A stretch of DNA of 62,934 nucleotides, counting the filler, from Stramenopiles sp. TOSAG23-3 (taxonomy: Eukaryota), in NCBI GenBank assembly GCA_900128585.1. It is 6 parts of 6 records of this genome, joined end to end, with 100 filler letters (N's around TTAATTAATTAA, not from the genome) between each part and the next. Parts side by side here need not be neighbours in the genome. Positions count along the whole stretch, not along the records: positions 1 to 12,160 come from LT642705.1; 5 more parts are not named here. One strand, given 5' to 3'. The position numbers and the translations under genes were made by a program. Below are positions 1 to 10,100 of this stretch, piece after piece. Numbering within the stretch: position 1 is the stretch's first letter; each line of letters begins with the position of its first letter. The notes under the pieces are model-generated. The model saw only the letters and a list, made by a program, of their open reading frames with translations. It made no database searches and was not told the DNA's origin.

Positions 1-78
<78 letters not shown>
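1..78. repeat. (AAAG)n microsatellite
   Basis: Nearly perfect AAAG array at the window start. Confidence 0.95.
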
Positions 79-79
<1 letters not shown>

Positions 80-414
80 TCCTTTCCTCCTCTTCTCCTA
101 CCTTCCTTCCTTCTTCCTATTTTTTATTATACCAAGAAGTAATACCAAATTGGAAGTACCAACCGGTAAATAGGTGGTGGTGGTGAACCATAATAGTCGT
201 TCTTCTCTCTCTTCTTCTTCCTTCTTCTTCTCTCGCTTGTCGTCGGTTTAATTCTATATTATTTGTTGTTACGTACAATATATATAGATACGATTTGTAA
301 TCCATATTACATGTTTGCACGGAAAAAGAACGTTGAAATGGGGAGATACGATGTTAAGAAATTGGTAGAATAAAACATTAGTGTTGTTTTATATTTTATT
401 GCAACAGTATAAGT

Positions 415-2043
415 ATGGCGAGTCTGTTATCGGTCGAGGACGAAGACGACCAACAAGGTTGGGAGGAGGCCATGGACGGAAGCGTTGGCGAAGAGAAAGC
501 GCCTACAAGAGGGTTGTTTACGGACGAATTATTTGATACGCCGGAAGATGCGCTGAAGCGCGCAACGGCTGACAGCAACTTTGATCTGTTGAAGCTCATT
601 CAGGACGTCGGGGGTGACTTTTACACGTCGATTAAAATTGTCAACTACGTTCGGTCGAAAGCTATGGGTGGGGAAACCCCGTCGGCAGTTGAAGCGGAGC
701 TTCGCACCAACAGTCAAACCATTTTAAGCGACGACCAGTTCTTGGCTTCGACAGTCACTGACGACCCACTGTTAATATTTGTTTCGTCTATTGCAGGATT
801 TGATGATGACAGTGACGAGGACGAGGGTGCAGGGTCGGAACACGACGACAGCGACGATGACATGCCCGCGCCATCCTCTGCGGTGGGGGGGCAAACGTCC
901 CAGCCTCGGGGCTTGAAAAGTGCGGGGGAGTTAGAACAAGAAAACGTAGAGTTGAAGGCTATGCTGGCGCGGTGCAGGAAAATGTTAAACTCGATGGTTA
1001 TGAGCGACGAGGGCGGTGCCGTGTCGAGCGAAGAAGAGAAAGACAAACCCCAGGACAACGATTCGTACTACTTTGACAGCTACTCGTACACCGGAATCCA
1101 CGAGACCATGCTGAAGGACACCGCCCGGACCGTTGCCTATCGCGACGCGATTTACAAGAACCCTCACCTGTTCAAGGACAAGGTTGTCCTGGACGTTGGG
1201 TGCGGGACTGGAATTCTGTCCATGTTTGCCGCCCGTGCCGGGGCAAAGCACGTCATCGGGGTGGATATGTCCGAGATGGCGTACAAAGCTATGGAAATTG
1301 TGCGCTCGAACAATTTGGAGAATACCATTACGATAGTCCATGGGAAAGTTGAAAACATTAAGCTGCCCTCGGGCTCAGACAAGGTTGACCTTATCGTGTC
1401 CGAGTGGATGGGGTACGCACTGGTTTACGAGTGCATGCTAGAAACGGTGCTGCATGCCCGTGATCAGTGGCTGAAGCCGGGCGGCGTAATGTTTCCGAAC
1501 GTTGCAAAGGTCTTCCTCGGTGGCCTATCCGATGAGGCCCTTTGGAAGGACAAAGTAGGTTATTGGGGCGACGTGTACGGCTTCGACATGAGCTGCATGC
1601 AGAAAAAGGACAGCACGAAAGAAGCGGACGTTTTTGTGGTCGAGGACAGTTCCGTATCGACCAGCATGGCGCCGGTATGGACGCTCGATATTCAGACAAT
1701 CACCCCTTCACAGCTGGACCGCGAGACCAGGTTTGAGCTTATGGTACGGAAGGACGGGCCCTTAACGGGGTTCGTCATCACTTTTGACTGTGCGTTCAAC
1801 GAAAAGTGCGAGCACGAGGTGGTCTTAAAGACGGGAACAGACACCCAACCGACCCACTGGAAGCAAACGGTGTTGCACTTGAAAACTCCAAGCCAGGCGT
1901 TGAACGTTGGCGATGTAGTCGCGGGCAAGTTCACAATAAAACGAAACGACAAAAATCCGCGTTATTTGGACATGGAGCTGGTCGTAGATGCCGGGAAAGC
2001 ATTCGGGGAATCGGGCTTGTCTGAAACGTACACACTGGAGTAA
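415..2043 (+). CDS. PRMT3: Type I protein arginine methyltransferase, PRMT3-like
   Basis: YFDSYS..IHETMLKD..RT, VLDVGCGTGILS, double-E loop SEWMGY..E and THW loop (THWKQT); N-terminal DFYTSIKIVNYVR and SDDQFL..DDPLL segments resemble PRMT3. Confidence 0.85.
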   Translation: MASLLSVEDEDDQQGWEEAMDGSVGEEKAPTRGLFTDELFDTPEDALKRATADSNFDLLKLIQDVGGDFYTSIKIVNYVRSKAMGGETPSAVEAELRTNSQTILSDDQFLASTVTDDPLLIFVSSIAGFDDDSDEDEGAGSEHDDSDDDMPAPSSAVGGQTSQPRGLKSAGELEQENVELKAMLARCRKMLNSMVMSDEGGAVSSEEEKDKPQDNDSYYFDSYSYTGIHETMLKDTARTVAYRDAIYKNPHLFKDKVVLDVGCGTGILSMFAARAGAKHVIGVDMSEMAYKAMEIVRSNNLENTITIVHGKVENIKLPSGSDKVDLIVSEWMGYALVYECMLETVLHARDQWLKPGGVMFPNVAKVFLGGLSDEALWKDKVGYWGDVYGFDMSCMQKKDSTKEADVFVVEDSSVSTSMAPVWTLDIQTITPSQLDRETRFELMVRKDGPLTGFVITFDCAFNEKCEHEVVLKTGTDTQPTHWKQTVLHLKTPSQALNVGDVVAGKFTIKRNDKNPRYLDMELVVDAGKAFGESGLSETYTLE

Positions 2044-2089
2044 GTGTATTAGAGGACGGTGTGCTTCATTTAAATTTTTATCATGCATA

Positions 2090-2504
2090 TTAAATTCTGA
2101 CATAATGTACAAAAGGAGAATATTAATTCTCACTTTCGTAGTATCCACGTAATATTTTCTTTAGAAGAGAGAAGACATTTTTAAATAAAAGCAGTAGAAA
2201 TTTTTGTTTTTTAATTCTGACAGTTTAGTAGATTTCAGTTCGCAGTACATTAATTTTAACTTTATGATATGATACTTAAATAACAGCCAATTTTCTTGAG
2301 TTTAATTCTGACAAGTCCTCTTCACACAAATTTATCCTTACCCGATCGCGTGCGCATCCACGCCACCTCCTACCCCGCCCACCTGCCTATTTTAGTAAAA
2401 CTCTTTAAACGTAATTAGACAAAAGGAGCAGATTCAGTTTCGCGGTACATGAGAAAGCTAAATTTTAATTACTTTTTAAATAACAGCCAATTTTTGTTTT
2501 TAAC
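2090..2504 (+). repeat. Cluster of degenerate head-to-tail copies of the 3'-flank element
   Basis: AATTCTGACA x3; AGATT(T)CAGTT(T)CGCRGTACAT x2; TAAATAACAGCCAATTTT x2. Confidence 0.8.
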
Positions 2505-3494
2505 TTAATGTTTGGCCAACAAGTACCCAGCGGCAAAGCCGACGACGCCCGCGGCGACTGCGATCATAGCGGAGTCACTGCCCTTGTTGCTGTCTCGTAC
2601 GTGGCCTGGAAGCAAAGCTTCCAGGCATTCTGACGTGTTTTTGTCCTCAAGGGAGTCCCATAGGGAGCCTTTGCTCTCTCCCCCTAGGGCACGGACCTGT
2701 GGGTCAAAACCCCAGTTGTCAAGAGTCGCCTCGGTAACGCCCGCATCGGACAAGACCTTTCCAAAGGCGTCGTCTTGAGTTTTGACACCCAGCCAGTTCC
2801 GACGCTCGCAAAATGCTTCAAGGGGACTGGCCGACGCATGAACCCCGTTGTCCCCAACGTTTGGCTTTGCGGGAAGCCCAAGGTCTTTCCATAAGGTCAA
2901 AACAATGTTTCGGATGGAAGTGCTTGGTGCTGTTGCCGGATCAGTTGCACCAAGGATTTCTCCGCGGAAGTCCGCCCACGAGTACTTGGACTCTGGCCAC
3001 GTGATGGTGAAGTAGTAGATGGACGCCCCGGCCTTTACGTACTTTTCTCGCATCGACATAAAGAAACCGTTGAAGACGTACATTCCTGGCTGGACCTCGC
3101 CGCAGTAGAAGCCTCCGCCAAACTTGATCATGTTTCCTGCCTTCTTGGTCTTCGCCCATAGGGCATCCAACTCGCCAGCGCTGAGCTTAAGTTTGTTAGC
3201 CCCGTCCAAAGCGTTGTAAACTTTGCCCTGTGCCAAGGCGTCTTTCCAGGACAGACCGAATTGTTTCTGGAACTTGTCTTCTGGAACATTCAGCTGCTCT
3301 GGCTTCAAAAGCGTAGCTTTACTTGCAATTGCGTAGTAATGGTTGTCAATCAACTGATTGGACTCGATGGTCTTCGCGTCAATTTGGCCTTCGCTATCAA
3401 TGGTAATTCCACGTTGCTGCAGGTTGTTCCGGACAAGGGCTACGACCTTGTCCGTGACGGCGTGCGGCTTGATGAATACAAACGCAGAGTTCAT
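2505..3494 (-). CDS. Nucleoside diphosphate kinase-like protein with C-terminal tail anchor
   Basis: SAFVFIKPHA, GATDPA.A..SIR, NGVHASAS (catalytic His position); hydrophobic tail AMIAVAAGVVGFAAGYLLAKH. Confidence 0.8.
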   Translation of the reverse strand: MNSAFVFIKPHAVTDKVVALVRNNLQQRGITIDSEGQIDAKTIESNQLIDNHYYAIASKATLLKPEQLNVPEDKFQKQFGLSWKDALAQGKVYNALDGANKLKLSAGELDALWAKTKKAGNMIKFGGGFYCGEVQPGMYVFNGFFMSMREKYVKAGASIYYFTITWPESKYSWADFRGEILGATDPATAPSTSIRNIVLTLWKDLGLPAKPNVGDNGVHASASPLEAFCERRNWLGVKTQDDAFGKVLSDAGVTEATLDNWGFDPQVRALGGESKGSLWDSLEDKNTSECLEALLPGHVRDSNKGSDSAMIAVAAGVVGFAAGYLLAKH

Positions 3495-4427
3495 GATGAT
3501 AATAGGATGGATGTTTAAAAACAGTAAATCTTAATTCAGTTCTTTTTCTTTTTTAAATTGATATATTACCTTTCTCTTAAAATAAGTAACATTTCTTCTT
3601 ATTAGCTTATACTTTATACATATATATATATACTCATTCAATGCAGTAAAGCTTTCCAATAAATTTTGATAGATCGGTGGTGAAAAAACAAGAAAGAAGA
3701 AGAAGAAAAGAAGAAGTGTTGTTGTTTGTATGGCCGCCGTCCGCCGTGCATAACCTACGTCGTACCGTATCCGATCATTTTATTATTTATCACCACATCA
3801 AAGGAACACAGCAGAGGATGGAGTGGGTGGGGGGAGCGGAAGAAAGAAGAAGAAGAAACGAAAGAAAGAAAGAAAGAAATGAAAAATATAAATAATAAGA
3901 AAAAAGAAAGAAAGAAAAATGAAAATGTGGTGATCTGAGGAGAGGAGGAGTAGGTGTGGTGAGTTGGGGTGAAGCTTTTTTATTTATGCTGTATACCTGT
4001 TAATTTTATATATTACAAAAATTATTATTTGTTAAAGTCCTATTCGATTTATATAGTAATATTATTGGCTAAAAAAAACAAAATCAATTATTTTTTAATT
4101 TTAAATAAAAATAAAATAAACTAATTTTTTTATGGTCAATAATTTGATTCCCACGCTATTTCTATAATAATATTAATACATTAAAGGGGATGGAGGATGG
4201 ATGATCAATTTTTTTTAAATAATAAATACGATCGAGTGACGACGAGTGACTGAAAAATGAATGTGGGTATATATAAGAGGAGTATTTTAAAAATTTATCA
4301 TATCACATATATTTGTGCAGTGCAGTATAAAAAAGTTTACTTCCGTCATGTACCTTACTGCGAACTTATTTCCCATATATTGCGGACAAGCGTTGTAAAT
4401 TATTTACAAAACGTTCTTCTCTTGAAA

Positions 4428-7400
4428 TTAACCATTCAATGTGAAATTTTTTGTTTTGCCCATCGGCACAGCTTTTCCTTTTTTGTCTCCACTCCCGCCT
4501 TTCTTTTTTCCGGCCTTTTTCGCAGCTTTCTTCTTTGCCGCTTGGGCCTTCTTTTTGTTTGCCCTCGCTTCCAGCCTTTTCCGTTTTCGCTCTTCTGCAA
4601 TCTCAGAGGCAGACTTTCCGATGCTCTTGACGATACCTGCCCGTTGCCGTTCCATGTTGCTGAGCTTGCCGCGCAGGACATGGTCCTCCTGGAACATCGC
4701 CTTTCGCTCGTGGGCCTCTTGCACCCGGTTGAATGCACCCATTCGGCGCGACCTGTCCCGGTTCAGGCTTTGGAGTTTCACGCGAACGATGCGCTCTTCC
4801 TCCAGGCGTTGCAAGCGAGCTTCACGCTCCGCCCTGGTCTCGCGCGAGTTCTCCAGGCGACTCTTTAGCTGGTTGGCCAGCGCAACCTCGCTGATGGGAA
4901 GGTGCACCGAAAGACCTTGGTCGAAGAAGTACTGGTAGCACCCAATTATCATCTTGTCTGCCGGAGACAGCAACGAGGCTTCGATGAACAGTTTGTTTGC
5001 TTCCCCGTAGTCTTCCCGCAGCCACTGGGCAATCAACGCCTTGTTGCACAGAATTTTTGCCCTCAGCTCTTTTCGAGCCGAGTCGTCTATGGCCGATTTG
5101 TTCTCCATTGCGGCATCGACCAAGTCCGTGATCGACTGAACGTGCACCCCATACTTCCGCAGGGGGTCCCACTTTTCGCTGTACGTGGGCATAAAATACT
5201 CTTGCTCGAACCATTGGTACGACATGTTCCCTTTGTCGAGCTGCTGGGCGCGCTGCATCAGGCCTTCGCATTCCTTGAACTTTTCGATATCGTCGGTGAG
5301 CCCGGCGAGCCCAGCGAGGGCGAGCCCGTACCCGTACATGGTCGACACATCCTCGTCGTCAATACCCATGCTGTCTTGGTAGTACCCGACAGCTTTGCGA
5401 TAGTCTAGTTTGATCGCGTGGTAACCAAACGCCAGCCGGGCAACCACTCGACTGTTATCCGGCATAAGTTTGTGCTCGTACAACGAAATCTTGTGCAGTA
5501 CTGCGGGAGAGTGCTTCCCCCGCGCAAAGTGCCCGCGAACAAGCGCTTGAAAGGGAACGACCATTCTGTGAAACCGCTGGCTTCGCTGCCTCGCCGTGTA
5601 CACGACAGACATGATATCCTGCCTCCACTTTTCTCGCTTGGTGTCTTTCTGTGGGACAACAACGCGCGGTATCTCCTCCTCGCTCGAGCCCTTAGCCTTC
5701 TTCGTCTGGTTCTTCTTGCGTTCGGCCATCTCCTTGATCCGAACCTCCGCTTGTTCTGCTTCGAAACGCTTGTCTGCGATCATTTCTTCCTCCCGTTTCA
5801 CTTCCACCTTGCACAAGCGTTCGGTTTCATCCAAGTACGCTTCGGCCTGGGTGGGATTGTTGCGAACGTACAGGAGCAAAATAGCAAAGTTCAGCTGGGC
5901 CTCTGGTTCGTCAGCCCGTACCGAGGCCGCCCGAAAAAAGTACGAGTTCTCCGTGACCTGGAACGCCCGACCCCCCGGGTCCAGGCGAAAGCCAATCTCA
6001 AAGTGACGCTTCGCCTCCTGCTCGCTCGACTGACTGCGAAGGAGGTAGATACCGTACCCAAAATTGTAGTCTGCACTTACCCTGTTCTGCGAGGCGCTCG
6101 CCTCAGAGTAAAACGCGGTGGCAGCCTTGATATCGATGGGGGCAGACATAGTCTGGAACCACAGCGCCGCTTTCACCTTCAAAGCGTCGGAGAAATGATT
6201 GGCACGGCGAAGGCTCAGTTCGCAGTTCTTTCGTTGCAAGGAGAACGCAACCCAGAGCTTCCTCCAGTCCCCAGAAGAGAACGGAAACTTTTCCACTAGG
6301 TACTTTGCAAGGGACATGCGTTGCTTCGCCCGCCGCACGAACGCTTGTATCTTGGTGGACTTGATCCTGCGGGTCTCTTCGTAGTGAAGCTTCTTGTAGA
6401 AGACTCGACCCATGTACCCCCGCCAGACGCGCTGGATGTTCAGCGCGCTGCTCCACGGTAGGTATTCCTGGGCGTACTTTCGGCCCAGGTGCCCGCGGCA
6501 CAACTTTTGAATCTGCGTCGCCGCAATATTCAGCCGTGCCTCCTCCATGCGCTTCTCTAAGTTTGACAGTACCAGCCGGCGCGTTGGCTCGTGATCGGGT
6601 GTCACGTCCACTTGCGTCTCCACGTACTTTCCGTCGACAAGCACCATTTTCTTCTCATACACACGGGGCGTCTCGTTCGTCGCGACCAGCTCAAGCATTT
6701 GGACCAGCCGAAGTACCAACGGCTGCGCCTGCAGTCGCCACCCGGGCCTCAGAAATTTCTGTACAAGCAGTGGTTGATCGACGAACAGTTTCCTTATCTG
6801 TTCACCCGTGATTGTCAGCCGGTATGAGCGTTTGATTTTGTAAATGTAAGCTACGAACATGATCGATCGTCCCGCGGACAGCCGCTCTTCGTGAGATTGC
6901 CCCTTCACATTGTCGCCCTGAAAGTATGCCTCGTCTTTGTCCTCTGGCGTCCTCCCCTTCATCTCGGCGGGCACGTTGATCACGTCGAACGGTGAACGTT
7001 TCTTCTTCTTCTTCTTCTTACCTCCTGCCTTCCCCTTCCGTTTCTTCTTCCCCTTCCGCCCAAAGCGACTGCCTCCATCGTCATCGCTGTCCATGTCCGA
7101 TCCCTCGAAGGGCTTTGTCGCTTGCAGCAGCTCTGTCTTTGCGAGGCGCTCTGCAACTCGGTCGATGCAGGACGCCATTACACTGAGGAACCACTTGTCG
7201 GACGTCACGTGCGTGCATCGTATCCAAGGCTCTTGGCGGAATTCAATCCCCAGTGCCATCTGTTTCGTGATAACGAGCTCCTGAAAGACCAAGCGGTCGA
7301 TGATCTTGTGCAACAGGGCCTTGCGCTGGTTCGGTAGCAGCAGGTGTTTCATGTCCAGCACCTTGACAAAGATGTTGACGTCTTTATCCGTCAAAAATAT

Positions 7401-10100
7401 TCGGTACTCCTCGGTCTTTTCGTCCAATGCCTTTACCTCTTCTTCGGTCGGCCGAGTCGCCAGCCCCAGCTCAATCATCGTTTCTGACACCTCCCGGTGC
7501 ACCTCTTTCGCCTTTATCATGATGTTCTCCCCCAAAAAGTAGCACCGGGCCTGCAACCGAACTTTTCGCCGCTCGGTGTGGTGCGGTATCTCCCGCTCGG
7601 CTTGCAAGGCCATGTCCTCGAAGCGAAAATCCTCCTCGGAGAACCACGCGGACGCCTTCTCCCCTCGAACGATCGCGCGGGTCCGCGTGAGGTCTTCCTC
7701 GAACTGCCCATAGGCACCGATAATTTTGTTGTTGTAGGGATCTATTTTGACGGCCCTCTGAAAGTACACCGCGGCCGTGTTGTGGTCACGAATGAACTGG
7801 TGGAACACGGCATACGACGCGAGCACCAACGGGTTTGTTGGAAACATTTTTATCAAGCAGCGGAACAGAATTTCGAGCCGACGGGCGCCCTTCCTTGTGA
7901 TGTCCTTCGAGAGTGCCTCCTTTTTCCGTCGCTCGGCCTCTTCAAGGTCGTTGTTTCCTTTGTTCCGCCGAAGCTGGCACATTATGGAATACGCAAACAG
8001 CAGCTGCCCGTCTTCAGGCTCTCGCCCAAGGCCGTGACGAAACATGCGTGCAGCCTCGTTCCAGGACGCTGCGTCGTACATCAGCATGAATGCGTGCTCG
8101 ACGTAATGACCCGGAGTTGGCCACTCCCCCTTGACTGACACCTCGTCGTACCGTTCCTCCGCTGTGTCCAGGGCTTCTTGGGCCTCGTCCATCACCTCGC
8201 GTTTTCGGCCCGCCAGTCGGATTGCCAACCACACCCTGGCAAGGCGCTGGATCTCTGTCGCCGCCCGGTTGTGAATCTTCAGGATGGCCTTTCGCCGCTC
8301 CGCGTTCGCCTTGCGCCTCCGGTTCGCTTCGTTTTCCGCCAGCCACCGGCGCAGATGTCGTTGCAACTCCACGGCGCAGTCTTTGAGCCACAAAAACTCC
8401 TCTCGCACTTTGTACATTCTAAACACTTTCTGCATTGCGGTCGCACCGTCGCGAAGCCGGCGCTTGCGCTTGACGATGATGTACGCCTTCTTCCGCCGCC
8501 AAGCGTTTTGGATGACCAGTGCGCTGATGCCGGCGACCCTTTCCTTCTCCTTCTGAACTTTGTACTGGAGCGTCAGCCGGGCGCAGTAGCACCGGAATGC
8601 GCACTGGAGAACGATCGTCGCCCTTCGTTTCCCCGCCACGTCCACCTTATGAAACGCCTGGAACCCACGCACAATGGCCTGGATCGAGATCGCATTGTAC
8701 CACCGGTGCCGGTGCCACCGGGCGAAAACGCGGCCCTTGGCCCCGTGGAACCAAGCCTGGAGCCGGACGATGGCCCGCCGACCCGCCCGAAACCGGGCGC
8801 GGAACCGGAACCCCCGAAATATGGCCTGCACCTTTATGGCGGCGTGATGCGCCTCATTGCTATGCGCCAGTGCTTCTTCCCACGTCTCGTAGCCAGCGTC
8901 ATCTTTTGCCACGTTTCGCGTGTCCCGCACGACCCTGTAAGCCTCTTTGGCCTCCTTAAAGGAGAGCCTCGTAATGGCGATGTCGTCCTCGGCCAGCTCC
9001 AGCATGAAGGTCGCCGCGCGGCCGGAGCGGACCCATGATTTTCGACTGGCCTTGACGACGTCGGCCCGAGACACCCGCAGTTTTAGCGCACACCGGTCGC
9101 AGAAATCGCTGAACTTGCTCCGCCGCATGCTGCACATGGCACACCGGCCCTTTACCTGCGCCAGGCTCCGCTTCGGCTTGGCGCTCAGGGTCATCTGGAA
9201 CTGGACGAAATCCTCCGCGGCCTTTTCGAACTTTCCGAGCCGCTTCTTCTTTCGGCGGCTCTTCGGTTTTCCCGTTCGTGCGCGCCGCCGGTTCGACCGT
9301 CGCATACGGTCCAAGGGTGCCGTCTGGCTGTTCCTAACTCTAGTAAACTCTTGAAAGTCCTTCTTTACCCTCCCATGGGTAGGGGTCTTCAGGTACTTGC
9401 GAGACATGAGCGCCGTCGTGGCCGGCCGCGGTCCTTCGTATGGCGGCGTGAACGGCGACCGGGTCTGCGAGGACCGACTCTTCAGGCTAAGGAGACTGCC
9501 CTCTGAGGACAGGTTCCCCAAACTCGTCCGTGGCCCGAGCAGGCTCTCTTGCTCCTGGATCCCACCGCTCACAGTGTTAGGGCGAGGGAGAGAGGCGACG
9601 GGCCCCGCCGGCGAGAACGGGCGGGGCGAGACGGAGGCCTGCCCGGAGAGGGGCGACCCTGCCGTCCAGTCGCCCTGCATGCTGAAGTACGCCGCGAGGC
9701 CTTTTTCCGTCTCTAACGGGCGCACGTACACCCTCTGTTTGGGCGTTGATGGCATAGAGAGCGGGTTCGGGCTGTCGCCGTAGTCTCGGTCGAAACCGTC
9801 CAAGTCAACGATGCTCCCTCCCCCGTCCACGCTCCCTTTCTTCGCAATAGTCCGCAGCCGCTTGTATTCTTCCATCCTCTCGGCGAACCGCGTCCGGTCT
9901 TGCCACACCCGCCTGGAGCGAGTGGACGTCTCTACAACTTCTATCCGAGCATTGTCCCCGACGACAACCTCTGCGCCTAATGTTGGCAGGGCGATGACCT
10001 GCCCCGGGGTGCCAGGCCGAGACCGGGGCGTCCGAGTGGTTGACCCGGACGGCGCCGACACTGAGGTCCTTGGGTTTTCTAAATAATACACATGCTCCAT
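4428..10100 (-). CDS. Large multi-IQ-motif, TPR-like helical-repeat protein (~1890 aa)
   Basis: More than 10 IQxxxRG-type motifs, TPR/HAT-like repeats (LASYAVFHQF, YFQRAVKIDP), coiled-coil C-terminus; the ORF track start is TTG and the first ATG is at 10100. Confidence 0.8.
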   Translation of the reverse strand: MEHVYYLENPRTSVSAPSGSTTRTPRSRPGTPGQVIALPTLGAEVVVGDNARIEVVETSTRSRRVWQDRTRFAERMEEYKRLRTIAKKGSVDGGGSIVDLDGFDRDYGDSPNPLSMPSTPKQRVYVRPLETEKGLAAYFSMQGDWTAGSPLSGQASVSPRPFSPAGPVASLPRPNTVSGGIQEQESLLGPRTSLGNLSSEGSLLSLKSRSSQTRSPFTPPYEGPRPATTALMSRKYLKTPTHGRVKKDFQEFTRVRNSQTAPLDRMRRSNRRRARTGKPKSRRKKKRLGKFEKAAEDFVQFQMTLSAKPKRSLAQVKGRCAMCSMRRSKFSDFCDRCALKLRVSRADVVKASRKSWVRSGRAATFMLELAEDDIAITRLSFKEAKEAYRVVRDTRNVAKDDAGYETWEEALAHSNEAHHAAIKVQAIFRGFRFRARFRAGRRAIVRLQAWFHGAKGRVFARWHRHRWYNAISIQAIVRGFQAFHKVDVAGKRRATIVLQCAFRCYCARLTLQYKVQKEKERVAGISALVIQNAWRRKKAYIIVKRKRRLRDGATAMQKVFRMYKVREEFLWLKDCAVELQRHLRRWLAENEANRRRKANAERRKAILKIHNRAATEIQRLARVWLAIRLAGRKREVMDEAQEALDTAEERYDEVSVKGEWPTPGHYVEHAFMLMYDAASWNEAARMFRHGLGREPEDGQLLFAYSIMCQLRRNKGNNDLEEAERRKKEALSKDITRKGARRLEILFRCLIKMFPTNPLVLASYAVFHQFIRDHNTAAVYFQRAVKIDPYNNKIIGAYGQFEEDLTRTRAIVRGEKASAWFSEEDFRFEDMALQAEREIPHHTERRKVRLQARCYFLGENIMIKAKEVHREVSETMIELGLATRPTEEEVKALDEKTEEYRIFLTDKDVNIFVKVLDMKHLLLPNQRKALLHKIIDRLVFQELVITKQMALGIEFRQEPWIRCTHVTSDKWFLSVMASCIDRVAERLAKTELLQATKPFEGSDMDSDDDGGSRFGRKGKKKRKGKAGGKKKKKKKRSPFDVINVPAEMKGRTPEDKDEAYFQGDNVKGQSHEERLSAGRSIMFVAYIYKIKRSYRLTITGEQIRKLFVDQPLLVQKFLRPGWRLQAQPLVLRLVQMLELVATNETPRVYEKKMVLVDGKYVETQVDVTPDHEPTRRLVLSNLEKRMEEARLNIAATQIQKLCRGHLGRKYAQEYLPWSSALNIQRVWRGYMGRVFYKKLHYEETRRIKSTKIQAFVRRAKQRMSLAKYLVEKFPFSSGDWRKLWVAFSLQRKNCELSLRRANHFSDALKVKAALWFQTMSAPIDIKAATAFYSEASASQNRVSADYNFGYGIYLLRSQSSEQEAKRHFEIGFRLDPGGRAFQVTENSYFFRAASVRADEPEAQLNFAILLLYVRNNPTQAEAYLDETERLCKVEVKREEEMIADKRFEAEQAEVRIKEMAERKKNQTKKAKGSSEEEIPRVVVPQKDTKREKWRQDIMSVVYTARQRSQRFHRMVVPFQALVRGHFARGKHSPAVLHKISLYEHKLMPDNSRVVARLAFGYHAIKLDYRKAVGYYQDSMGIDDEDVSTMYGYGLALAGLAGLTDDIEKFKECEGLMQRAQQLDKGNMSYQWFEQEYFMPTYSEKWDPLRKYGVHVQSITDLVDAAMENKSAIDDSARKELRAKILCNKALIAQWLREDYGEANKLFIEASLLSPADKMIIGCYQYFFDQGLSVHLPISEVALANQLKSRLENSRETRAEREARLQRLEEERIVRVKLQSLNRDRSRRMGAFNRVQEAHERKAMFQEDHVLRGKLSNMERQRAGIVKSIGKSASEIAEERKRKRLEARANKKKAQAAKKKAAKKAGKKKGGSGDKKGKAVPMGKTKNFTLNG

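Noticed and set aside
2090-2504. CRISPR-like or hammerhead-ribozyme reading of the repeat cluster
   Set aside because: Units are degenerate with irregular spacing and no cas genes are present; the minus strand has CGAAAC but no CTGANGA core or stem III
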